Positions 33,475-49,100 of a stretch of DNA of 64,000 bases are shown here, in pieces (within the stretch, counting starts at the first letter, position 1; every line of letters begins with the position of its first letter). Where the stretch lies: contig JBPGPT010000003.1 of the NCBI GenBank assembly GCA_051047955.1, positions 248,001 to 312,000 of the forward strand. The letters are read 5' to 3'. Position numbers and translations under genes: made by a program. This stretch comes from Cystobasidiomycetes sp. EMM_F5. Lineage: Eukaryota. The notes below the pieces were generated by a model. That model was given only the letters and a program-made list of their open reading frames with translations, did not search any database and had not been told where the DNA came from.

Positions 33475-35644
33475 ATGGCGTACTCCTCGACGTGTGCGAC
33501 TATCCTGCTGGCGCACAGTCTCGTCAAAATGGCCCTAGCAGACGGGACAACAACGTCAAACAACGGAGGGACGTCGAGCAATAACAGCCTCACCATCATC
33601 ATCACAGCTTCCGTTATAGGGACCCTCGTTATTTTCGTATTCGCAGTTCTGTAAGTGCAGGCGCAACGGGGTCAAATACACCGCCGCTGACTGCTGCGGG
33701 CACATACAACATTAGTTACTGGAGGCACAAGACAGGCAGAGCTTCGCAGGTAGGATACATGTGCTCTGAGATATACATTGATCTGACACGGTCTCCGTCC
33801 AATCTCTATCACCCAATCAGCCCGTTTTGCCGACGCGGGTCGTCGGAGCGCGAAGTAACCGCCTGAGACGAGATGCAAGTGTGCGAACAGTCCCAGAATA
33901 GTGCGTGCTGTGGATCAAATGATCACTCAATAGCAGGAGGCTGACTAATGCTTCCTCTGCTCAAAAGCACACAAGAACCAAAGGATGAGGAAATGGTGCT
34001 CGAGAAAGCCGAAACGAGCGTCATCGAGCGCGCGGCTAGCGAGAGCAGCAGTGCGCGACACGTAGATGGAACTCTCTCCACAGAAGGCCCCTTTGAAGTC
34101 AGCATCAACGTCACGGACGAATCTGAAACTCCGGTCGCGTCTATTATTGTACCAGGCCGACCGCGAGCGGGAACCGGTCTGTCTCACATGACACTCCGCG
34201 ATATTGAACCTGCTCCGGAATTGCGCATCGAGCGATACGATAGCGTCGCGTCTGGTCAATCCTCAAGGGCACCCACGCCGTCCATTTTTGCAGCAAGCTA
34301 CAACGAAAGTACGACACATCTCACCGCTCCAGGTACAGGTAGCGGGGAAGCGAGATATCCAGGATACGGTCATATACCAGCAGCATCGCTATCGACAATG
34401 TCTGTCAATAGTACTATCGAAGAAGGAGGAGGCTACGATGGCATTCCGCTAAGCCGGCGAGAGAGTAACGGCATGTACTTTGACGCACCAGCCTACATCA
34501 ACAGAAGTCGGAGCCGATCTATCGACGTACTGCGCACACCTGGAGCAGATGCGCAAGGCGACGATAGTCATACTGGGTCAACAATGGATCACTCCAGACT
34601 GTCGGTTGACGTAGGACACGGTCGCAGAGGATCTTCGTCGAATCTCAGAACCCTCTTCAAACGGCCGTCTCCGCTTGCGTCTAGTACATCAAGTTCCGAT
34701 GGAGTAAGAAACTCTGTCATACACAAGCGGCAAATCTCGGCGCCTCTGTCCGATACACTGGTACACACGAGCTACACACTGTGAGTCCATCTCTGCATAT
34801 GCGGGGCAAAGGCGTTGAAGCTAAAGGTTTGGCCTCGTTGCCCATCTGCAGGCCGAAGGCTGGTATCAATGCATTGCAAGCGGCGTGGCTAGGCTCGAGA
34901 GACTCCATCAACCGCATTACTACATTCCTCAGCTCTGCTCCACCTGCTTTCGACGCGGTTGATGAAGAGGCAACACTGGAGTCAGAGTCGGCTCCGGTTG
35001 CTGAAGCGGGGACGGCAATAGAAAGCGGCAGTCCGCGACGTTCAATTCCGGCGCCGCTGCCTATTCAAGTTTTGACACAGCTTGAGCAAGAGTCTGCGGA
35101 GCTGAGCACGCTCGTACATCGTGCTAGTATGAGGCGATCTGCTTCCTCTGGCATACCTCCACACTTAATTGCACTTCCGCCTTCTTTACCCGGGTCGCCC
35201 ACTACTGCGACAGCACCGGTCGACTGGGCGACTGAACTCAAGCGACGGTCTACTTCCATGACGATCAATCCTGCGTCCAGTATCGTCAGGATACGACGTA
35301 ACGCAAGTAGGAGCGAGACTATGCAAAGCTTGAATGAAATGGCTGCACTTCAGCCGGCTTCGCCAACACCCCGACGAAGGGCCGTGTCGGAGAACATCGA
35401 TAACCCTCTGCGCTCTGATTCGCCAGAACCTCTGTCTCCTTCGACGTCCTTGCGCGCGTTCCCGCACACCAAAAGTATGAGAGTAAAGAAGGATGGTCGA
35501 TCCTCTCTTAGTGTATCTAGTAGCAGTCCAATTGGATTCAAAGTGGACGCCGACGATTCTGGCTACGCTGGCATGGCCGCGGTCCATCGACACTCGGCTT
35601 CTACAGGTGACATCGCAACGCATCCTCCTGTCAATGTGGAATAG
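33475..35644 (+). CDS. Hypothetical single-pass membrane protein with a long Ser/Pro-rich cytoplasmic tail
   Basis: N-terminal hydrophobic segment, TM LTIIITASVIGTLVIFVFAVL followed by a basic YWRHK exon, and long open downstream exons. Confidence 0.65.
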
Positions 35645-35807
35645 ACTTTGTAAGCAGTGAAATGTGTAGACAGAGGTAGACTGTTAAGTCAGTGTAGCAT
35701 TACGCATAGCAAAACGTCAATACGGACCTCGCATACAAGGTACCGCTTCAACATAGACATAGTCGCCTTATTATTTCCACGCTTGATATTGAGCGCGATT
35801 GTTCTGC

Positions 35808-37239
35808 TTATTTGATTAATTGAGCGTTGTTACGTTGCTTTGGGGGGACGATCCATGTCTGGCGTATATTCAGTAGATCTTTGACGACATTTGCAATGTT
35901 GTGACTGTTGATGGCGATGAGTATTTGGCCCGCCCGCTCAAACTCGCTGCGGATCTGCACATGATCTGTCAGAACTGCAGACAACACATTACGAGCAGGA
36001 CTTACCGTCTCGAGACCGGCCGTCGTAAGTGCGCGCGTAACAATGATGCTTCTGTCCAGCGGATCCTGAAGTCGGGTTTTAGTGGTGCCGTGATTGTAAA
36101 CACAGAGTGATGAAGCCTGACCTCAATCACGAGCTGAACTTGCGACCCGTGGGGTACTTCTCCATTGCCAACGGCCGCGTACAAGCCTCCCTCGAGCGAG
36201 AGCGAAATGACGTCCCGACCGTACCGATACAGAGTGTGGAAATGTTCGAAAAAGCCTATAATGATTTTCCCGATGCTATCGTTGTTGTCTTGCGTCCAGT
36301 ACTTTGCTAATATATCAGATTCAGTAATGAATGATGATTCGTAGCTTCAGTCGAAATCAGTGGAAGGCTAAGCAACGTTCAACATCGAGCGAGCTTAGAT
36401 CTGCTCACCTAGGTATTTGCGCCCGATGAAGGCACGCGAGGTGCTGCAGATTCGGCAGTAAAGGTGGCTGCAAGACGTTCGTGAGATAGTGTAGAATCAA
36501 GATAGTCCAAGTGTAGGAACTCAGAGTCCCGTCGCGGGCACTACATATGCGCCGTTGCTTAGCCCAAAGTTTGACTGCGATATCTCGTCAGCGCATATGA
36601 TATGCAACACCTCTGCGTGCGTACCGAACATTACGACTGGACGTAAGCGGTCATCTACTCGGCAGTATGCCTGTATGAGGCTGGTGTTTTCCAATGCTGC
36701 ATGATTTTCGAACGATAGATCCAGCTGGATTCCCGCACCGATGAGTGGATGCGCTATATGCAGTTTCAGGATGGGTATGCGCGTTCGTGTGACAAAGTCA
36801 ACGTGTGATCCAGCAGGACACGCCCTTCTAAGTATATTGCCAAACGTGTGCACAAGCTTAACAGCTGACTGTTTCGATGCTTTAGATCCCGGTGGGGCGA
36901 TAAAGCAGACATCTACGTCTATAAGGATGCACCACGTAAACATACTGCAGATCCGACACATAGGATACTCCGTGACTTGCCGGCATTTTTCAAGGCTAGC
37001 CCGCTCGCAGTGCTGCCGAATGCAAGCAGGCGCGAACCTCTTTCAATCTGCTGCGCAAACCCTTCTAGCCATGTCCGTAGCTGTTCCTTCGCCGCGATTT
37101 CCTGCTGGGTGGGGAATATTGCCGGCAGCAGGTCAAGCAGCAGATGCGCTGTGAGACTGTCGGCGCATGCTTCCTGGCCAGTCATACTCTTGATTTCATG
37201 GGGAGGAGCAGCAGATTCAGATGTGGATGGTGTGTCCAT
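35808..37239 (-). CDS. Cid1/Cid13-type non-canonical poly(A)/poly(U) polymerase (terminal nucleotidyltransferase)
   Basis: AFGSTASGLALKNA|DVDVC catalytic motif, RIPILKL, DLSFEN..ALENT.LI..Y, VKLWAKQR, GTLSSY, LLPNLQ and IE|DPLD. Confidence 0.88.
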
Positions 37240-37573
37240 GAAAATGCTGATTGACTGTCGCTTGCGGTGGCTAAGGTGTGACTGAAGGTGTCACCTGAGT
37301 CCAGTGGAGGGTCAGACGCAGAATGTAAGCAGTAATACACAGCCCATCTTGTCGCAGAAATGCCATTCAGAATGGAGTGAAGCCAACAAATCCGTGATTT
37401 GGCTTGATTCGAAACATTTCGACAGCACCGACCTCACTTTGACACCAAATCGGACAGCTGTAAGGCAGACGGCAGACGACCACAGCGGAGTGCTTGAGCG
37501 GCAGTGTACAGGCAGTAGGGAGGTGGACAACAAGGCGCGCTGGAGTCCGAGCAACCAGTAACCGAAACCGTCA

Positions 37574-40261
<2,688 letters not shown>

Positions 40262-41647
40262 TTGCGGCTGCATCGTATGAGAGTATCTCGCACATACCAT
40301 CGCATACCCACCCCTATACAGACACGCGGCCGACGATATTGCTTGCCGTCTCGTGTACAGCCTTCAGCTACTCACAGCCATGAGTACGCGCATGCACGCA
40401 AGGCGGCAACTGTAGATGTGCCGAACAGTGGCAGCCTGTCAAATATCGTCAGCAGACTCTTGCTCACAGATGCATCAAGTGGCTACAATTCAGCTACTAG
40501 CTCCGCTCTGTTTCGAGCAACCCAGCACTCATTGGTCACGCGAGTTGGGTGCATGATTCTGTTGGGTATCGGACGTCATTCTCTCTTCAGGGGCACGAGA
40601 GGTAGACTTGAGACTGTCTTATGCTTATTCTACCGTTTTCTCTTACTCCATTACTGTATCTCTGCTAGTCCACGTTACCACTACTTGACTGTGTATCTAG
40701 ACTTGAATGTTGGAATGGATAAATGAACAATGTCGCATGAAGAAGGACGATGATACGATTGGCCACCAACGCGGACGGTGGAATGAGGGTTCGCGCACTC
40801 GGGTGTACAGTCTCGTACTCTATGAACCCCGTAGAACGTCCTCCCTTACGCGACTCGCCCGAGACGTTTAACCGTGCGGGAATGGTCTAGAGTGGTGTGT
40901 GGCCAGCGAGAGTCAGAGCGAGTCAGAGGGAGGGTCCAGAGTAGGGTAGGGAGAGGGACTGTGCGAGTCATGAGCCGAAGTCAGAGTCAGTCAGTCGTGA
41001 TGTCCTAAGGACCGAATATGTCTTGCGGTGCAGGGTAGACCGTGGGTTGGTAGGTAAACTGGCAGACTGTGCTCTTGTTCTACTCTGACACATATCTTGC
41101 ACGCCTGCACTGCGTCCTGAACCGAAGGCAGCCATCAGCCACTCTGGAGTATCACTCGGAGTTGTGTCGTCGGATCTGAAATCGAAGGCAGCTGTCATCA
41201 ACAACTGGACCGAGTATACAACCATCCAATTGCAATACAAACAAGATTAGGAGATCCTCCACTGCTTGCACGCAGTCTGCTTCCATATACCCCCATATAC
41301 GCGACTATTCGAGCAGGCGCATCCTCGGCTCGCACCGGGATCATCGCCCGTCGCCACGCAGTTTAGTGGGCGCAGCTTAGTGAGGGCAAGAGACAGAGGG
41401 GAGAGCTCATCTAGCTTGCAACGAGCAGGCGACAAGAGCAGCAACCACATTATTACCATCAGCGACACTCGGACAACTCACCCTCAGACGCTCTTTACTC
41501 GTTCTGGCACAAATTAGGTTACGCTGGGATTGCCCGACCGGGCGTGCTGCATAATACACGCATTCAGACACTCAGCCCACGTCTGCAGAGAAGGACTCGA
41601 GTGCAGCACCCGCAATCAATCACTGTACCACCAACACCTTCTCCGCC

Positions 41648-44600
41648 ATGCAGTACTCGCCAGTCGCAATCCTGTCGGGCAGACGAGGACACCGAGCTTC
41701 GAGCATCTCGCAGGGCGGTCACACTCCTGGCGCATCGGGAATTACCCCAAGCAGCTTCTCGACGAGCTTCATAGAGTGCGTGTGCGTATCGTATGCGCTC
41801 GTTACCTACAGCTAACCTTGGAATTACTCCGCAGCCACGCTTTCGACCATCCCACTCCAACCTCGTTTAGTCAACTCCAGTTTATGAGCTCGAGCGTCGC
41901 TTCAAACGATGGATCAGACTACACACACAGGGTACCGAGAGTGGAAGAGAAGTTTTGCTCAGGATTCAATTGCTGTGGTCTGGAGCTGGATGATTTGGTG
42001 AGTGATGTCGGTCGTATCCATAATCCCGCTATTCCACCGCATCTCGGCTTTCATGACATGAGCCGTCCTCGTTGCGTTCTCCTTTACATATACTCAATGA
42101 GGAGATTGTCTTTTACGCCCCTGCTGTCCATACTCATTCTCCGTCACCTCCGTTGCCAGACGGAGCGGACAGAGGGCGATCCCGGCATTTTGGCGGTCGG
42201 CATTCACCATTGATAGTGGGCGTGTCTGCTCGGGTCGGCACATGTGGGAATTGTGCATCTATGATGCATGATGACGTTCCATTACGGTTGCTGGCCTGAG
42301 AGACCGTTTCGGACGGCGTCTACTTGGGCCTACCTACCAGCGTACCATCCTCCTGCTCATTCGACTAATACAGCAACGACAAGGCATTCTACATATCTAC
42401 ATTAACTTCTACACCCATCTTCAAGTCGCAGTCTGTCTCATTCGTTCGCACACTTCCTACCTTCCGTCATCATTTCGATATAAATAGCATCATGTACTGA
42501 CGTTCGTTCCTTTTGCATCATATCCCCTGCTCGAATATGTCATGACAGCATCACTTGCTCGAACACTTTGAAGAGCGGCACGTTCTCGCCAATGGCAATA
42601 TCGGACCAGACGCGGCACTTCCTGCCAATGTCGTGGCTGCAGCTGCAGCAGCGGCTGCGGCTTCTGCTGCGTCACGGAATACGAACCGCGGCAGCAATAG
42701 TAGCACTAACAACTTGAATGAAGAAGATGGCGATGCAGATACGGAGGATGCAGCCGGTGATATGCCGCAGTTTGATGATTTTGACGATGAAGAAGCAGAA
42801 CGACAAGCTGCTCTTGCCGAAGCTACGGCTGCAGTTATGGCTGCTTCTGGAAACTCATCCACTGCTGCCTCGTCATTGGCGGGGACCCCAGCTTCGGGTA
42901 ATTCTCCGACTGCTACGTCGGCGACATCGGTCTTGGCCCCTTCAGCGGGTGGGTCTTCAGCAGCTAGTCTTACAGCTGCATTGTTCAACAACGCACTTGC
43001 TGGACCATCAAATCCAACATTGTCGGCACCTCCCTCACCGGCATTATCAAGCTACTCGGACCATCCCGGCTTGTTCGACATTAACAAATCAAATAAACGC
43101 AAAACGGGCTCTTCATCCCTCATGTCGTCTCATAAAAAACCTACTTCGCGCTCTCCACCCTCTACGCTGGATACGGGCAACGATGACTTCGGTGGTGGCG
43201 CTAATGACGATGCTTCACAACGGGCTCACGATGCCCTTTCTGCGCAGTATCTGCCATTCACGCGGAGGCCAAGACAGCAGTCTGTTGATTCAGTAGCGTC
43301 TGTCTCCACCAACGCTTCGACATCGTCCAAGAAAAGATCGTACGGTTCCGCTATGGGCGGTAACGGCAACGCGAGCAAAGGGACAAATTCGGCAGTGCCG
43401 TCTCCTATACAGCCTTCTAGAGGCAGATCTACTCTACCTACTAACATGCTCGGCAACGCTGGATATCCTGGCGTCACAATGCCAACGGTAGACCTTGCGC
43501 AATTGCGCAACAATACGGCAGTAGGTAGCAATACGCCAATCACGGGAGGAGTGTTTGCATCGGCTGCACAACAGGGACCACTAGGGTTCCCGAATCCTGC
43601 TTCATCCCTCATTTTGACACCAGACTCGTCGCTGCCTGGTACGCCAGCAAGCGAGTTGGATGGACTCACATATTCGCTGTTGCACAACAGTAACAGTAAC
43701 ATGCAGAATGTCACATTGTCGTCGACGGCCGGGAATAATCGACTGAACCAATCTACTAATAACTATACGGGTGGCTCCTCGACTACCTCTCTTCTCGGTT
43801 CTGGACAGGGATGCCTGCCACCGAGTCTGTTGTTCCCGATTTCTCGGTCAGCGCAGAATACCGACGACGAGGACGACGAGTTCATGACGGCGACGGACGA
43901 AGATGAGGATGATGACGATGCAGGCTCGCTATCGTACGAGTCGTATGATGATGTACTAGGCAATCACCATCATGCACGCCATCATTCTTCATCGACATTC
44001 GGCGAAGAGGAAGATGATGAAAACAGTGCAATGGGCGACGATGATGGCGATGTTGATTACGATTCGCAGATGTCAGCTGTCCTCCCTGGCTATCCCTCCT
44101 TCCCACGCAACTCTGCTACGCATCCCTCTGGCCTCGGTTTCAGTAGCGGGCAGGCGAATATGCAAGTCGAAGGAGCTCCACTTCAGAAGCGCAAAAAGAT
44201 CAACGGCGGCAGCGGTTCCAGCCGGCTCAATCCTGCCTACAAGAAGAGCAGCAGCAGGAGGCATCAAGGGGGGCAGTATGACTCATCGATGGACGCAGCA
44301 GCAGCAGCCATGTTCTCGCCATTGTCTCTCCTAGGAGGTGCTCACTCACCGTTGCAGCAATCGCAAAAGAAATTTGCAAGCAACAACCCCTCTCCGGCAG
44401 GCCTGCCTGTTAATGCTGCCGCTACAGCCGCTTCGCAAGCTACACTTGCGGCTATACAAGCTGCTGCCGCAGCTAATGCCTTCCCAGCGGGATCCACACC
44501 GACTGGAAGAGTTTGGATTCCCAACAATGCAAAACCTTTCAAGTGCCCAGTTCCAGGTTGCGATAAAGCGTACAAGCAGCAGAATGGACTCAAATATCAT

Positions 44601-45256
44601 AGATTGCACGGTCACTGCAATATGAACACTGTCGGTAAAGAGGGAGAAGAGATTGTGGTAGACGAGAAGGATGACGATAAGCCTTTCGGGTGCTACGTCG
44701 GCCCCGCATGCGGCAAGAAGTACAAAAAGTAGATTCATTCACTACCGCTACTGCAGACTGCTTGGCTGACGGATCTGTTATCAGTATGAATGGTTTGCGT
44801 TACCATTACCAGCATTCCGGTGCACATGGCCAGATTGGTCTGCAGATGCTGGCCAATGGCACCCATCCGGCACCGGCATACCCGCCCGGACACAAAAGGA
44901 CAGCGAGCAAGCATCAGTTTTCGGAGCATTCGTCTGCCAATTCTTCGACTGTCGTTATGAACCAAGCCACGGCCGAAGCGTTATTGAATGCCATCTCCAC
45001 CACGTCAGTAGCAAGCAATAGCGCTTCCAACACACCAGCTTCGTCGCAGCCTGGCTCGCGATCCAACTCACGACCCGCAACGCCTCGCATAGGCTCCGTT
45101 GCGAACAGCAGAAACGCAAGCCCAAACCCAAAAGCTAGACGCTCACCAAATTTCAGTCGGAAGAGCTCGTACAGCAGCGATAGGGATGCTGGATCACTTG
45201 GGGCCTTCGACTCGATGTACAGTCAAGAAGGTCCCATTACTCCTCAGCTTGTCTAG
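41648..45256 (+). CDS. SFP1: Sfp1-like split C2H2 zinc-finger transcription factor
   Basis: N-terminal FNCCGLELDDL|HHLLEHFEERH; C-terminal KPFKCPVPGCDKAYKQQNGLKYHRLHGH ... KPFGC..PACGKKYK|NMNGLRYH. Confidence 0.85.
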
Positions 45257-46198
45257 GCGACTGCCGTCACTACTAGGCCTGAATACTATCCGCTCTCAAG
45301 GCCTTATGTATCCTTAAGCAAGAGTCACCCATAATGTCTGACCCGCAGCCATCGCATAGGCCCATACAGCAGTCTATTCGCGCGATCACCCCAGTCCAGG
45401 CCGAACGTGCCTCAGTCTGGGCGGCAAACATGTAGTTTTCCTGGTTTCCCTTCTCGCATACAGGTCATCTCCGGCTGCTGTTTGCCGATGCCAACCTCCC
45501 TCCATCTTACGACTATTCAGTGACATAGACTCAGTTTCCACACACAATTCGCTGCCAGCCAGCGCTCACACCCCTCATACGGTTTCGATATTGAAAGTCT
45601 TACATAAAAGCCATGCGAGCCCGCATCTGTATCATCGCTATCTAATGAACCGAAAGCAACATGACAACACTACGTGAATGGACACCCAGCTTTTCGATCA
45701 CTCCTCTTGTCTTGCTTTGATGTTGTTGTCACCACAGGCGTTCCGGCTTGAACGCCCTTTTCTAAATGTGCCAACGCTCATCATAGCATACTCCATCCAT
45801 ATCACCATACCACATTCACATCAGTTGCATGTCGTTCTTGTTGTTCCGTCCTACTCCTCTTGTTGTTGCGCTCAGCGCATTCTGCGCCATTTCCAGACAT
45901 CAAAAATCACGAGCCTGAGTAACTGCGTGGAATTATCTTCGTTGATTGAGACTCGACCGCTACCTAATCTCGTATGTTTTAGTCATTCAGAGCCTGGGAC
46001 TCGATTGTGAGACGTGAGAGAAGCTTTGAGGGAGTCAAGAAACAGACAGACGCAAAAGGTTTCATTCGACAACACGGTACTTCACTGTGAAGAAACATCA
46101 TGTAGGGCGTCATATGCGAAACTTCTTGTCGTAATGAAGGCGCATGTAGCGGATCAGTATGGCGGACTACGTCAAGCGAGGATGGTATATGGGTGTCG

Positions 46199-49100
46199 TC
46201 ACAATTTAAGCTCAGCCAAGATTGTTCTGGCGAGCTGAGAGTACTGCCAGGCGCTGCCTGATATACGGCGGAATTGTATGCCGTGCAAGCCAGGAACCCA
46301 AGGAATTTTGACGATGAAAATTTCGAACCTGACAACCATGTCGCCTGGTTGCATAGGAGCCTGAACATTCGAGAAGGAAAAGAATTGCTGCCCGCGTGAG
46401 TCTGGGCTGGCAGGCGGCATTGTGTTTTGTTCTCTATCTATGGCCGGAGAGCCTGGCACTCCAGAGGAATGCGTTGGCATGGTGAATGACCCTGAAGAGG
46501 ACGTAGTTGGACGTGGACGAGGTGCTAACGAGTTTTGAGAGCTCTCGATACCGCCGGTATGTCGAGGCGGTGAGTTGGCAGTATCCCTTTCCGAATCACG
46601 GTCTTTGCCAAATGGGGATCGAGCGAGACTCATCCTTCCACTTTTGCGCACGCTTCGTCGACGGTCAAGAGTGGGCGACTCTGGCGAGCTTCCAAGCACA
46701 GGTGTCTTATCCGACGGATCTGGTCGCGGTGAGAATGCAACTGACGAAAGGTCGATTGAAGGGGCATGCGCACACTCGAATCCAGCTTTTATGCTCCTGT
46801 GAGAAACGTTGAGGCGGTCGAGAACAGTGGCAATAGATTCGCGAATCAGAGCCGGAGACTTTGTCGAAGTCGTCGAAACGGAAAATAGCCCCTTTGTAAA
46901 TTCCGATCAGTACAGAGTGGAAACAGTGTTTACAGATGCATCCTACCTTCAAATAGACGGGCTTCACCTCGGCTGCAGTGGATGCTGCATTTTGTAAGTC
47001 GGACTCATCAGGCTGTAATTGGACTTCGTTCTCATCCTCTTCAGTAACGTGCTCGCCGCTAACTCCGCCAGCGGTCTTTGGTCTCCTCATACTGGCACTG
47101 CCACCGAGAGAGAACTGTCGTCGCCCGGCCGGAGTAGAACCAGGTTGGTTGGCTGTATCGACTGACATCCCTCGCGCATGACCGCGGGTCGGGAAGAGTG
47201 TGCTTCCAGTTGTGCTTGATCTGACGATCGTTGCCGGTGCCGACGGTGCTGCAAGAGATACATCAAGATCTGGCGACATGGGTACCGGTTCCTGCAGAGT
47301 CGATGTAGCTGGCGGAGGTCCAGCACTGACACTTCGGTCCTTGAGACCCATCCAAGATCCTGAAAGACTGAGACTGTTGCGTTGACTCTTCTTCCTGTCC
47401 TTATCATCGGAGCGACCGAGAATCGAGCCGAAACGCTTGACCAGTGTTGGCGGTTGAGAACTGGCTGTTGCTTGCTCTTCATTTTGAGGAGGCAGCGCGT
47501 AAGCAGTGCTGCTCGGAGGGGCGGAGGTACCTAAGCCGTCGTTCCCAGAGTCAGGCGGAATATGCATAGAATGTCGGTGCTGTGACGCGGGTGTAGATGA
47601 ATGAGGTCTGGTGTGAGGCTTTGTAGGTTCAGTCGGAGCAGCAGTTCTTCGAAACCCGCCTTGCAGAACAGCTGGCGTGTTTGGGGCTGAAAAGGCGTGG
47701 GTAGGACTGCGCCGAGATCGTTGTTGGCTGTTCGTTCTTTGCATCGATGATTCGTCCGCTTCGTCATAATTGGCATTGGAGGAAACAGCACCATTCGCGA
47801 GAGGGCGGGGCCAGGATGGCGTTGGCGCTGGCTGTACCATGCTGCCTCGTCCCGCTATCGCCGCTGTTGGTGGCGCGGCCAGCGAAACATTGACGGGCTT
47901 GCCTAGACCCAGTCTTCCGTGGTCCACGTTGGTATGAACGCCTGCAAGCGTCGACAGAGGTGGGGGCGCTGGAGGTCCCATGAGAGACAGAGTTGATGAC
48001 GCAAAAACTCCGGGACCATAGATCTTATCGCGGTCCATCTTCTCTTTGACGAGATAGTAGATCGACAGGAGCGGATGAAAAGCTTTTGTCGGATCCAGAA
48101 TATCTGGCTTGCGGGCCGCTCCAAGCAGTTGTGACTTTGAACCCAGTCCGAAGGGATCGCCAGCGTTCTCATCGGTCTTGGAACCTCCAAAAGCCGCCGC
48201 TACGTTGCCTGCGAGCTTCTTACCGTAAAATCCAAAGCCTGAAAAACGTCGATTCGGGCTCTTGACTTTTAAGCTGTCAAAATCGTGAGGCGAATCCGGC
48301 GATCTCAGACTTCCGTGAGCATTGCGACCATTGCGAGTTTCGTCCCACTGGGAGAGAGCGTTCACGTACGCATCTGAAGTTAACACCTCGTTGAGCTTCG
48401 CTTCCGTCTCTGCTGCAGTACCAAACTCGAATCCGGTCATGCCAGCAATGACTGTAGGATCGAGTTCACCATGCCGCAACGGTTCCCGAAATGGCATATG
48501 GGAGCTCGGTGCACCATCGTAGCCTTTCGTAATCCAAGGGTGATTTGCTACTTCTGCGAGAGTAGCGCGATTGCTGGGAGTGGTGACCAGCATACGCGAG
48601 AGCAGATGCCTGCATTCTGAAAATGACAGGCATTTTAGCCCATGTAGCACCATCAGTACGAGGCCTCTTACCTGTACTGAGCCAAGCGGGGTATTCCACT
48701 TGGCCGCGCTTGATTTTAGCATGCAACGCTGGCATGCTCTGATCATCGAACGGTACTTTGCCGCAAACGAGAACGTACAAGACAATTCCAAAACTCCATA
48801 CATCGACTTCTGGTCCAGTGTAGACTTTGGCATTCAGCAATTCAGGCGCGGCAAAGTAAAGTGAACCGCAGAACGTGGATAGATGGGAATGAGGGGAGTA
48901 AAGATTAGACAGCCCAAAATCAATGATTTTGATATTGCCAGTTTTGGAGATGAGTATGTTTTCGATTTTAAGATCTGTAATCGTGCAGAGTGTTCAACAT
49001 TAGCTGGCTGTCTGAACTGCTGCGCTGACTGTGTGACACCTACCGCGATGGACAATACTGTTCGCGTGACAGTACTCCAAAGCTGAACAGATCTGACGGG

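Noticed and set aside
40908..40995. GAGTCA/AGTC short repeats upstream of SFP1
   Set aside because: Low-complexity, imperfect and without spacers; not a CRISPR array and no assignable factor.
42268..42299. ATGATGA...CTGA with CGGTTGCTGGC (antisense to 18S GCCAGCAGCCG) inside the SFP1 intron
   Set aside because: Only 32 nt across both boxes, no convincing upstream C/D' pair, and the predicted target (G568 equivalent) is not a methylation site I know. Worth a snoscan run but unsupported by eye.
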